Assembly (NCBI GenBank): GCA_043228905.1
Contig: JBHGNT010000018.1
Span: forward strand, 15,872,001 to 15,936,000
Direction of reading: 5' to 3'
DNA from: Azolla caroliniana
Taxonomy: Eukaryota > Plantae > Polypodiophyta
Length of the DNA stretch: 64,000 nucleotides
Both the position numbers and the translations under genes were made by a program. How positions within the stretch are numbered: the first letter of the stretch is position 1; each line of letters begins with the position of its first letter. This document shows positions 47,840-59,237 of this stretch, in pieces. Under the pieces are notes generated by a model. That model had not been told where the DNA came from. It searched no databases and worked only from the letters and a program-made list of their open reading frames with translations.

Positions 47840-50800
47840 GCTCTGTACATCAGTTACACCAATAACTCTATACAAAATAATGACAACAACTCAATAATCA
47901 TCCTCAAGAGTTTGCGTTAGGTCATATTTATACTAATATGACTTTCGGGCTATTTACAGATATAGCCCCAGTGGGCTCTCTGGAACATATTTACATATAT
48001 GTCCCTTCATCCGGTGAGAGGGTCTCACCGGGCCTGCATCATGTGGTTCTCACCGGGTCTTCCTTACCAGGTACACATCATCCGGTTCTCACCTGGCCCT
48101 CATCATCCCATCCAGAGGGACCGAAATCCCAACACCTAGCGTCTAAGTTCAAAGCGATCCGAACGGCGGTATGTACAAGGGAGAATACGTCGTCATTTTA
48201 CGACTTACAGTCGATGCTCCTTGTAGAGGAGAACCACGCCGATGTCTCAACAAGTGCACCCACCGATAGCCAGTTGATGTATACCGAGGCGGATCGGCCC
48301 CGTGGGCGTGGTGGACGAGGTGGGTCGGCTCGCAATTGTAGCGAAGAGCAGGACTAAAGACACAGAGAACATGCCGACAGCAGTTCCGTACCCTCCACAA
48401 GCAGGGGGAGTCAAGGCGGCGCCGGAGGCTAGCAAGCAAAGGCCGACACGGAATGCTAGTACTGTGGTAAAAAGGGCCACAGAGAAAGCGAGTGTTGGAA
48501 GAAGCGCGCCGACTCGGACAGATCCGGATCCGGCAAGGCCGGTAGAGAGAACCAGCAACACTTGCACTACGCTGAAGGATCGGGAGGATCCAAAACTGGA
48601 AAATCCGGTAAAGGGCTAGTGTTGGTGATGAAACACGAGGCTAACTCAATGAAGAAGACCTCTTCCAAATTGGAGGAAGTTTGGTACGTTGATTCTGGTG
48701 CGTCGAATCACATGACAAACCACAAAGAGTGGTTCTCTTTCTTGGAGAAACTGGAACAACCGGGAGTCGTCGAAACTAGAGACGACACTCCTCACCCAAT
48801 CGTGCATGTCGGAGAAGTCCCTTTGAGCCACGTCGGACAGAGGGAGAAGTTGATGAACTTATTACACGTTCCGACTATCACGAAGAACCTAGTGTCAGTC
48901 GGTCAAATCATTGACCAAGGGATGCAGGTGCGGTTTACGGACCTTGGGTGCTTCATCAAGGAAGAGGGCCAAATTATTGCGCAAGGGCGCAAAGGTGGGA
49001 GGATGTTCATCCTCGACACCAATGACGTCGGCACCGCTTTGTTCGCCAAAAGACAGAAGATTGAATCGAATATTGATCTCTGGCACAAGTGGATCAGTCA
49101 CATCAATTACCAGAGGCTTCAAGACCTGCAAACGAAACAAGTTGTTTTTGGTTTGCCAAGGTTCAATGGCCGGAAGGTCCAAATATGTGAAGCTTACCAA
49201 CTCAAGAAGCAACACCGGCTTCCAATTCCCACCGAACGAAACCATAGTCGTAACAAGCTCGACCTTATTCATTCGGATGTATGGGGACCGACATAGAACG
49301 TTAGTCTTGGCAGGAGTTGATACTTCATCTCCTTCATTGACGACTACAGCCGGCACACATGGATCTACCTCATTGAGCGGAAGAGCGAAGTATTTGAGTG
49401 TTTTCGGAACCTGCAAAGCCTGGTTGAACGGGAAACTGAGAGGAAGATCAAGTGCATGCGGTGGGATGGCAAAAAAGAATATTTTTCCGGCCAATTCAAT
49501 AGTTATCTGCAGCAAAAAGGAATTCAGAGAGAGTTCAGTTGTAGATACACACCGGAGCAAAACGGTGTGGCTAAAAGGAAGAACCGGTCAATTGTAGACG
49601 CGGCAAGGGCAATGCCGGAGGAGAAGAGCATGCCCCATTTCTATTGGGATGAGGCAGTCCGGACAGCCGTCTACATCTAAAACCGGATCGGTGACAAGGT
49701 GTCTGCGTGTGAGCTGTATTTCAGGTGCAAGCCGAATTTGAGACACCTTCGGGTATTCGGTAGCATTGCATATGTGCGTGTGTCGAATGAGAAGCGAAGG
49801 AAGTTGGAGGCAAAGTCGGAGAAATGCATCCTAGTCGGTTACTCCCATAAGCAAAAGGGGTATAAGTGTTATAACCCCCGGATGAAGCAGGTCCGAGTTA
49901 GCCGGGATGTTAAGTTTGATGAGACGGCATCATGGTATGCCTTACCGGCTCCGACTTTTGACCCCAACCCAATACCGAAGGATGAGGCTAGTGAGCCTAA
50001 ACCGGTCCAGTTAGAAGACGAAGGGTTCGAGACTCTAGATGTAAGTTCGGAATCGTTTTGGTTGAGCGGGCCGAACGAGCAACTGAGTCGGGATGACCAA
50101 TCGGATGAGGAACCAGTGAGTAGTGGAGACTCTGTCGTGCTCTCCTCGCGCAAGGAACCGAAGAGACGGTTCACGCGCAAGGAAAGAGGGAAGAGGAAGA
50201 TGCCAGAGCACGAGACCAGCAATGGTGAGTCGGATTGGAGCGGGTCCAACTCCGAAAAAGAAGAAGGCGGATCTTCGGCAACGAAGACCGAACCAGCCAA
50301 GAAGGGCCTCAAACCGGGTAACGATAAGTTACGCTGGTCTTCCCGCTAGAAGAACCCCATGAAGCGGTACGGGTACAATGAGTACATGGCGCATCACTAT
50401 GCGTACATGATCAAGGTGGCGGAAGTGCATGAGCCGGAGAGCTACGCAGAAGCGGCAAAGGACGCAAATTGGCGTGCCGCTATGGAGGAAGAAATGCGGG
50501 CACTTGATGCCAACGAAACATGGGACCTAGTTGACCCTCCTTGACACTGTAAACCGATCAGATGTAAGTGGGTGTACAAGGTAAAGTACAATGCCGATGG
50601 TTCGGTTAACCGGTACAAGGCCCGGTTAGTGGCGAAGGGATACGCACAGACCCACGGAATCGACTACGACGAGACCTTCGTTCCGGTAGCGAAGATGACG
50701 ACGGTTCGTGTGGTGTTGGCGGTTGTTGCGGCCAGGGGGTGGCATCTTCACCATATGGACGTGAAGAATGCATTTCTTCAAGGCGATCTTGAAGAAGAGG

Positions 50801-51746
50801 TCATTATGACCCAACCCCCCGGTTTCCAGTCGGAGATGAACAAGTCGGCAGTATGCTAACTGAAGAAGTCACTTTATGGCCTGAAGCAAACCCCCCGAGC
50901 TTGGAATGCGAAGATCACGCACCGGTTGCGTAAGTTGGGGTTTGCGGCCTCCAAGTTCGACTCTTCGTTGTTCATCCCACAAGGTCTGGATGGTCCGGTT
51001 TGCATCTTGTTGTATGTTGATGATCTAGTCATCACCAGACCCGGACTCGATTAAATCAACCGAGTCAAGTCCCAGCTGTCAGACGCATTTGAGATGAAGG
51101 ACCTAGGGGACCTTCAGTATTTCCTTGGGATCGAGGTGATCTGAACCCCCGACGGCATATTGCTCTCACAAAAAACACTATGTGTTGAATATGTTGTACA
51201 AGTTCGGCATGACGGAATGCCAACCGATCTCCACACCCTTGGACCGGAACCAGAAGCTCTGTCCTGACTGACGGGAACTACACGTTCCTTATGCGCAACG
51301 CTCAGCCACAACCGAGCTTAGAATCATACATAGAAAAACGGTGAAAGAATGCACCACACAAAGAAGAGAAGAGTACGCAGGATGTTTACATGGAAAACCC
51401 AATCTAAGGGAAAAACTACGGCAGCCCACAGGCTGCAAACTATCACTATGTTAGAATGTACAACAGTGAGTTCACGGAGGCAATGACCTCGTGCTCACGA
51501 TCCTCGCCACAGGCGGCGGTTACAATAGAGGCAACGACCTCTTTCTCTCTCTCTCTCTCTCTCTGTACACAGTTACACGCTCACTCTCTCCTTACACCAA
51601 CAAGAATGACAACAACTCTACGCACAAAAAAGGTTTGCCCTAAGTCATATTTATACTAATATGACTTTTCGGTTATTTACAAATATAGCTACGATGGGCT
51701 CTCATATACATATTTACAAATATGTCTCTTCATCCGGTGACCACTC

Positions 51747-51960
51747 CTCACCGGGTATGCACCATCCGGCTCTCCGTAGTCGGGTACTCCTCATCCGGTT
51801 CTCACCGGGTCTGCATTATCCGGCTCTCCGAAGCCGGGTACTCCTCATCCGGTTCTCACCGGGTCTGCACCATCCGGCTCTCCGAAGCCGGGTACTCCTC
51901 ATCCGGTTCTCACCGGGTCTGCACCATACGGCTCTCCGAAGCCGGGTACTCCTCATCCGG
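51747..51960 (-). repeat. 54-bp U3 array, 4 units (C2 3' LTR)
   Basis: Reverse complement of the family C unit. Confidence 0.9.
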
Positions 51961-53596
51961 TTTGCTCATCAGCACTGTTCTTCTCCCTTCCCATCCAGAG
52001 GGACCAGTTTCCTAACAAACTCCCCCTTCACTCCGGCATGGGATGTCTTACTAGTCCGACTCGCTTCCGGCATGCATCCAGCTTGTCGGGTATCAGTGCT
52101 TTGGTCAGCATATCTGGCCAGTTCTCGGCCGTGTGGATCTTCGTTAGCGCGAACTCCTGGTCATCTACTCTTTCCTGGATCCAGTGATACCTTCGTTGAA
52201 TATGCTTCGTCCGGGAATGGTGGGCCGCATTCTTAGCAAGGTGGATGGCACTTTGACTGTCGCAATAGAGCCGGTATTCATCTTGCCGGATACCGAGCTC
52301 TCCGATGAAGTCCTTCATCTATAATATTTCCTTGCCGGCTTTCACAGCCGCCATGTACTCCGCCTCCGTGGTTGACAACGCAACCATCTTCTGTAGCCTC
52401 GACTGCCACGAAATAGCTCCCCCTGCATATGTCATTACATACCCGGATGTAGACCGGTTGGTGTCCACATCAGCCGACATGTCCGAATCGGTAAAACCGT
52501 CAAGTTGGGGTTTTCCATATCCGAATCGGAGACACATATTCGAAGTGCTCTTCAAGTACCGGAATATCCATTTGACCGCATTCCAGTGCTCCTTGCCGGG
52601 ATTGCTCATGAACCGGCTCACCACTTCGACTGCGTATCCTATATCCGGTCGGGTACACACCATTGCGTACATTAAGCTCCCGACGGCAAAGGCATATGGT
52701 ACCTTCGTCATATCAGCCTTCTCTGCTTTTGTCTTCGGACTTTGCTTACTGGATAACCTGCAGTTTACTGGGAGTGTCAATCCGACCGGTTTCGCATCTG
52801 ACATGTTGAACCGGTGAAGCACCTTTGTCACGTACTTCTCCTGTGACAGCCACAATTGCTTCATTGACCGGTTCCGGATAATATGCATCCCCAGCATCTA
52901 TCTTGCCGGACCCAAGTCTTTCATTGAGAAGGTCCGGTTTTCAGTTCGTACACGCTCTTCTTCAACCGGCATACCAAGTTCTCCTTCCCTTTCTCCACGA
53001 ATCCTTCCGGTTGCTACATGTAGATCTACTCTTCGAGGTCGCCGTGAAGGAATGTCGTCTTCACGTCCAGCTGCTCTACCTCGAGGTCCATGCTCGCCGC
53101 TATACTCAGCAACGTCCGGATGGAGGTCATCTTTACTACCGGGGCAAATATCTCGTTGAAGTCCACGCCCTTCTTCTATTGAAACCCCTCCACCACGATC
53201 CTGGCTTTGTATCTCGAGGGGTTGCCAGCATCTCCCAGTTTCAACTTGTAGACCCACTTATTTCGGAGTACCCGCTTTCCTTTCGGCAACTCCACCAATT
53301 CGTACGTATGGTTCTCATGCAGGGAATCCATCTCGTCCTGCATGGCACTTAACCATTTTCGGTTGTGGTTGTCATCCTTTGCTTCTTCGAAGCTTTCTAG
53401 CTCCCCCTCATCAGTTAACAGCACATGCTCTGCATCCGGAAATCTCCGGGGGGGCCTTCTCTCTCTGAGAGGATATCTCCGTCTTTGGACTTCGGTAACC
53501 GGCTCCCCTATTTGCTCTTCATCCGAATCCCATTCGGGGTCTTGGCCGGTTCCGGTTCGGCTTCCTCTACTTCTTCTTCTGCCGGTCCTATATCCT

Positions 53597-56500
53597 TGTT
53601 GGGAAACAGGTCCCTCCGGATGGGAAACCATATGAGGAGGACCCGGCTACGGAGAGCCGGATGGTGCAGGCCCGGTATGAACCGGATGAGGAGTACCCGG
53701 CTACGGAGAACCGGATGGTGCAGGCCCGGTATGAACCGGATGAGGAGTACCCGGCTACGGAGAGCCGGATGGTGCAGGCCCGGTATGAACTAGATGGGGA
53801 GTACCCAGCTACGAAGAGCCGGATGGTGCAGACCCAGTATGAACCGGACGAGGAGTACCCGGCTACGGAGAGCCGGATGGTTCAGGCCCGGTACGAACCG
53901 GATGAGGAGTACCGGGCTACGGAGAGCCGGATGGTGCAGACCCGGTATGAACTGGAGGAAGAGACATATTCGTAAATATGTTTCTGAGAGCCCATCGTGG
54001 CTATATTTGTAAATAGCCGAAAAGTCATTTTAGTATAAATATGACTTAGGGCAAACTAGTTTTTTTTTGTTGTTGTTATTTTTCCCTTGTTGGTGCAAGA
54101 AGAAGATAGAATGCATAACTGTACAGAGAGAGAGAGAGAGACAAGGTCGTTGCCTCTGTTGTAACCGCCGCCTATGGCGAAGATCGTGAGCACGAGGTCG
54201 TTGCCTCCGTGAACTCATTGTTTTGTACATTCTAACATAGTGACAGTTTGCAGCCTGTGGGCTGCCGTGGTTTTTTCCCCTAGTTTGGGGTTTTCCACGT
54301 TAACCTCCTGTGTATTCTTTCTCTCCTTTGTGTCGCGCTTGATTTCTCGTTTTTTGTGTATGAAAAGAATCTCGGTTGTGGCCGAGCGTTGGACATAAGC
54401 AGCTAGGAGTTCCCGTCAAGTGGTATCAGAGCGAAATCGACACAGAAAATAGACGAATCATTTGGCGGCATGTTCAAGCTCACCGGCTCCAACTATTTGG
54501 TATGGAATCGAAGATGAGGGACATGCTCGTTGTTAAAGAACTCTCGCTACCGGTTCAGTTCGGGGACAAGAGACCGGACAAAATCGACGCCGCGATATGG
54601 GAGGTGATGCACATGAAGAAAACGGCTTACATACGGTGCTTCATCGACATGAGCCTGTACAACAACTTCAAAGAACAGAGCAAGGCTCATGAGCTCTAGG
54701 AGAAGATCGGGGAATGAAGGTACATGCCGAATTATCAGCATAGGAGACGTGTGGCTATCAACACCAACCGGATGCAAGTTGCTGCTGAAGGATGTCCGAC
54801 ACGTTCCGGAAGTTCATCTGAACCTGATATCAGCCGGTCGGCTAGATGATGAAGGCTACATGCGTAGCATCCGGAACGGTGTCATGAAGTTCAGCAAAGG
54901 GAGCCTGATTGTGGCTCGGGCCCGGAAGTTCAACACGTTGTACCTGATGAATGCCTGGTTATGTCCGGAAGAAATGAACGTGGCATCCGACACAGCCGGT
55001 GAGTTGTGGCACAAGAGCCTGTGTCAGATGAGGAAGAAGGGGATGAAGAGGCTTGCAGACGACAACCTCATTCCAGTGAAGAACGTGCACTTAGAGAAGT
55101 GCATTGATTGTCTGGCCGGTAACCAGAACCGGACCTCCTTCCGACCAAGGCCACCGATAAGACGTATTGCACCACTGGAGTTGGTGCATACGGATATGTG
55201 TCAGGAAGACACGAAGTCACATACCGGAGCACAGTACTTCGTGACGTTCATAGATGACCACAGCCGGAAGCTGTGGGCCACACCGTTGAAGACGAAGGAT
55301 CAGGTGTTATCCATCTTCAAAGAGCTCCACGCGTGAGTGGAAAGAGAAATCGGCCGGAAGCTGAAGGTGGTTCGAGCAGATAACGGAGGAGAATACCGGG
55401 GGCAGTTTGAGGAGTACTGCCGCTCGAAGGTAATCCGGCTCGAATTTACCGTGCCGAAGACGCCGGAACTAAACGGACTCGTCGAGAGGATGAACCGAAC
55501 CATAATGGAGAGGGTCCGGAGTATGCTAGCGCATGCAAAACTACCCAAGAAGTTTTGGGCTGAGGCACTGTCGACGGCGACATACGTGATAAATAGATCA
55601 CCCTCAGTACCCTTGGACGGAGACACGCCACAGAGAGTGTGAACCGGTAAAGAAGTATCCTACCGGCATCTGAAGGTGTTCGGGTGTCTCGCTTACGTGC
55701 ATGTAGCTAAGGACCGGAGAGGTAAGTTAGATCCAAAGACCCGGCCATGCATATTCCTCGGTGACGGTGACGATGAGTTCGGCTACCGAGTGTGGGACCC
55801 GATCGACAAGAAGGTATTCCGGAGTCGAGATATTATCTTCATGGAGGACAAGACACTCGCCGACTGGGAGTCGGAGAAGAAGATAAAGAACTCCGAGTCG
55901 ACCGGTAACGATAGACTCTACGATGAGCAAACCCAACCGGCAAGAGACCGGTTAGCACTCGAGGAACCAGTCGGTTACGGTGAGGATCAGGTGTTATCCG
56001 TCTTCAACGAGCTCCACGCGAGAGTGGAAAGAGAAACCGGCCGGAAGCTGAAGGTGGTTCGAGCAGATAACGGAGGAGAATACCGAGGGCAGTTCGAGGA
56101 GTACTGCCGCTCAAAGGGAATCCGGCTCGAATTTACCGTGCCGAAGACGCCGGAACTAAACGGACTCGCCGAGAGGATGAACCGGACCATAATGGAGAGG
56201 GTCCGGAGTATGCTAGCGCATGCAAAACTACCCAAGAAGTTTTGGGCTGAGGCACTGTCGACGGCGACATACGTGATAAAGAGATCACCCTCAGTACCCT
56301 TGGACGGAGACACGCCACAGAGAGTGTGGACCGGTAAGGAAGTATCCTACCGGCATCTGAAGGTGTTCGGGTGTCTCGCTTACGTGCATGTAGCTAAGGA
56401 CCGGAGAGGTAAGTTAGATCGAAAGACCCGGCCATGCATATTCCTCGGTTACGGTGACGATGAGTTCGGCTACCGAGTGTGGGACCCGGTCGACAAGAAG

Positions 56501-59237
56501 GTATTCCGGAGTCGAGATATTATCTTCATGGAGGACAAGACGCTCGCCGACTGGGAGTCGGAGAAGAAGATACTGAACTCCAAGTCGACCGGTAACGATA
56601 GACCCTACGATCAGCAGACCCAACCGGCAAGAGACCGGTTAGCACTCAAGGAACCAGCCGGTTATGCTGAGAAAGCTGAGACCGGAACCGGCCAAGACCC
56701 CGAATCGGATTCGGATGAAGAGCAAATGGAGGAGCCGGTTACCGAAGCCCGAAGACGGAGATATCCTCTCAGAGAGAGAAGGGCCCCCCAGAGGTTTCCG
56801 GATGCAGAGCATGTTCTGCTGATCGATGAGGGGGAGCCGGAAAGCTTCGAAGAAGTGAAGGAAGATACCCACAGCCAAGAATGGTTAAGTGCCATGCAGG
56901 ACGAGATGGATTCCCGGCATGAGAACCATACATACGAATTGGTGGAGTTGCTGAAAGGAAAGCGGGTACTCCGAAACAAGTGGGTGTACAAGTTGAAACT
57001 GGGAGATGCCGGCAACACCCCGAGATACAAAGCCAGGATCGTGGTGAAGGGGTTCCAGCAGAAGAAGGGCGTGGACTTCGATGAGATATTTGCCCCGGTA
57101 ATAAAGATGACCTCCATCCGGACGGTGCTGAGTATAGCAGCAAGCATGGACCTCGAGGTAGAGCAGTTGGACGTGAAGACCGCATTCCTTCACGGCGATC
57201 TCGAAGAGGAGATCTACATGCAGCAACCGGAAGGATTTGTGGAGAAAGGGAAGGAGCACCTGGTATGCCGGTTGAAGAAGAGCCTGTACAGACTGAAGCA
57301 GGCTCCCCGACAATGGTACCGGAAGTTCGACTCCTTCATGACCAATCAAGGGTACCACAAGACCCAGGCCGATCACTGCGTGTTTGTGAAGAAGTTCGAA
57401 GGAGGAGACTTCCTGATACTCCTTCTGTACGTGGATGACATGTTGATCGTCGGACGGGACCAAGTCAAAATAGGGATGCTGAAGAAGGCTCTCAACCGGA
57501 CCTTCTCAATGAAAGACTTGGGTCCGGCAAGGCAGATGCTGGGGATGCACATCATCCGTAACCAGAAAGCGAAGCAATTATGGCAGTCACAGGAGAAGTA
57601 CGTGACAAAGGTGCTTCACCGGTTCAACATGTCAGATGCAAAACCGGTCGGATCGACATTTCCGGCAAACTGCAGGCTATCCGGCAAGCAAAGCCCGAAG
57701 ACGAAAGCAAAGAAGGCGGATATGATGAAGATTCCATATGCCTCTGCTGTCGGGAGCTTGATGTACGCTATGGTGTGTAACCGACCGGATATAGGATACG
57801 TAGTCGGAGTGGTGAGCCGGTTCATGAGTAATCCCGGCAAGGAGCATTGGAACGCGGTCAAATGGATACTCCGGTATTTGAAGGGCACTTCAAATATGTG
57901 TCTCCGACTCGGCTCCGGAAAACCTCAACTGGACGGTTTCACCGATTCGGACATGTCGGCTGATATGGATACCAGCCGGTCTACATCCGGATATGTGATG
58001 ACATATGCAGGGGGAGCTGTTTCGTGGCAGTCGAGGCTGCAGAAGACGGTTGCATTGTCAACCACAGAGGCGGAGTACATGGCGGCTGTGGAAGCCGGCA
58101 AGGAAATACTATGGATGAAGGACTTCATCGGAGAGCTCGGTATCCGGCAAGAGGAATACCGACTCTATTGCGACAGTCAAAGTGCCATCCACCTTGCTAA
58201 GAATGCGGCCTACCATTCCCGGACGAAGCATATCCAGCGGAGGTATCACTGGATCCGGGAAAGAGTAGATGACCAGGAGTTCGCACTGACGAAGATCCAC
58301 ACGACTGAGAACGGGTCAGATATGCTGACCAAAGTGTTGACACCCGACAAGTTGAGCGCATGCCGGAAGAAGATCGGGCTGGTAAGACACCCCATGCCGG
58401 AGTGAAGGGGGAGTTTGTTTGGAAACAGGTCCCTCCAGATGGGAAACCGTATGAGGAGGACCCGGCTACGGAGAGCCGGATGGTGCATGCCCGGTATGAA
58501 CCGGATGAGGAGTACCCGGCTACGGAGAACCAGAAGGTGCAGGCCCGGTATGAACCGGATGAGGAGTACCCGGCTACGGAGAGCCGGATGGTGCAGGCCC
58601 GGTATGAACCAGATGAGGAGTACCCGGCTACGGAGAGCCGGATGGTGCAGACCCAGTATGAACCGGATGAGGAGTACCCGGCTACGGAGAGCCGGATGGT
58701 TCAGGCCCGGTACAAACCGGATGAGGAGTACCCGGCTAAGGAGAGCCGGATGGTGCAGACCCGGTATGAACCGGAGGAAGAGACATATTCGTAAATATGT
58801 TTCTGAGAGCCCATCGTGGCTATATTTGTAAATAGCCGAAAAGTCATTTTAGTATAAATATGACTTAGGGCAAACTAGTTTTTTTTTGTTGTTGTTATTT
58901 TTCCCTTGTTGGTGCAAGAAGAAGATAGAGTGCGTAACTGTACAGAGAGCGAGAGAGAGACGAGGTCATTGCCTCTGTTGTAACCGCCGCCTGTGGCGAA
59001 GATCGTGAGTACGAGGTCGTTGCCTCCGTGAACTCATTGTTTTGTACATTCTTACATAGTGACAGTTTGTAGCATGTGGGCTGCCGTGGTTTTTTCCCCT
59101 AGTTTGGGGTTTTCCACGTTAACCTCCTGTGTATTCTTCCTCTCCTTTGTGTCGCTCTTCATTTCTCGTTTTCTGTGTATGAAAAGAATCTCGGTTGTGG
59201 CCGAGCGTTGGACATAAGGAGCTAGGAGTTCCCGTCA
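53597..59237 (+). mobile_element. Copia element C3 nested antisense in C2, perfect TSD ATCCT; gag/PR deletion and in-frame integrase duplication
   Basis: 822-bp LTRs 53597-54418 and 58416-59237, each with 6 array units. PBS at 54421-54432. ATCCT at 53592-53596 and 59238-59242. Confidence 0.96.
55676..58405 (+). CDS. pol: C3 pol remnant, open for 909 codons (IN C-terminus, duplicated IN core, RT, RNase H)
   Basis: RADNGGEY, NGLAERMNRT, LLYVDDML, FTDSD, YCDSQSAI, SDMLTK. Confidence 0.9.
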   Translation: MFGCLAYVHVAKDRRGKLDPKTRPCIFLGDGDDEFGYRVWDPIDKKVFRSRDIIFMEDKTLADWESEKKIKNSESTGNDRLYDEQTQPARDRLALEEPVGYGEDQVLSVFNELHARVERETGRKLKVVRADNGGEYRGQFEEYCRSKGIRLEFTVPKTPELNGLAERMNRTIMERVRSMLAHAKLPKKFWAEALSTATYVIKRSPSVPLDGDTPQRVWTGKEVSYRHLKVFGCLAYVHVAKDRRGKLDRKTRPCIFLGYGDDEFGYRVWDPVDKKVFRSRDIIFMEDKTLADWESEKKILNSKSTGNDRPYDQQTQPARDRLALKEPAGYAEKAETGTGQDPESDSDEEQMEEPVTEARRRRYPLRERRAPQRFPDAEHVLLIDEGEPESFEEVKEDTHSQEWLSAMQDEMDSRHENHTYELVELLKGKRVLRNKWVYKLKLGDAGNTPRYKARIVVKGFQQKKGVDFDEIFAPVIKMTSIRTVLSIAASMDLEVEQLDVKTAFLHGDLEEEIYMQQPEGFVEKGKEHLVCRLKKSLYRLKQAPRQWYRKFDSFMTNQGYHKTQADHCVFVKKFEGGDFLILLLYVDDMLIVGRDQVKIGMLKKALNRTFSMKDLGPARQMLGMHIIRNQKAKQLWQSQEKYVTKVLHRFNMSDAKPVGSTFPANCRLSGKQSPKTKAKKADMMKIPYASAVGSLMYAMVCNRPDIGYVVGVVSRFMSNPGKEHWNAVKWILRYLKGTSNMCLRLGSGKPQLDGFTDSDMSADMDTSRSTSGYVMTYAGGAVSWQSRLQKTVALSTTEAEYMAAVEAGKEILWMKDFIGELGIRQEEYRLYCDSQSAIHLAKNAAYHSRTKHIQRRYHWIRERVDDQEFALTKIHTTENGSDMLTKVLTPDKLSACRKKIGLVRHPMPE

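Larger units (their letters stand above)
38271..48134 (-). mobile_element. Copia family D element (5' LTR 47485-48134; PR and IN deleted; RH and 3' LTR 38733-39338 inverted), TSD (C/T)CTAG, interrupted by C1
   Basis: Decayed Met-PBS at 47468-47481. gag 46810-47388 joins the IN-RT linker at ~46715. RT at 39826-41022. RH and PPT at 38271-38732 on +. Flanks CCTAG (48135-48139) and reverse complement TCTAG (39339-39343). Confidence 0.85.

Noticed and set aside
48895-49597. Overlapping >200-aa ORFs on both strands, and similar shadow ORFs elsewhere
   Set aside because: They are alternative-frame or antisense shadows of GC-rich copia pol.
53630-53975. Regularly spaced repeats that could be read as a CRISPR array or as an 18-aa repeat protein gene (YEPDEEYPATESRMVQAR)n
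   Set aside because: The 54-bp units are head-to-tail with no unique spacers and lie inside LTR U3. They are open in several frames on both strands simply because the unit is a multiple of 3 and lacks stops.
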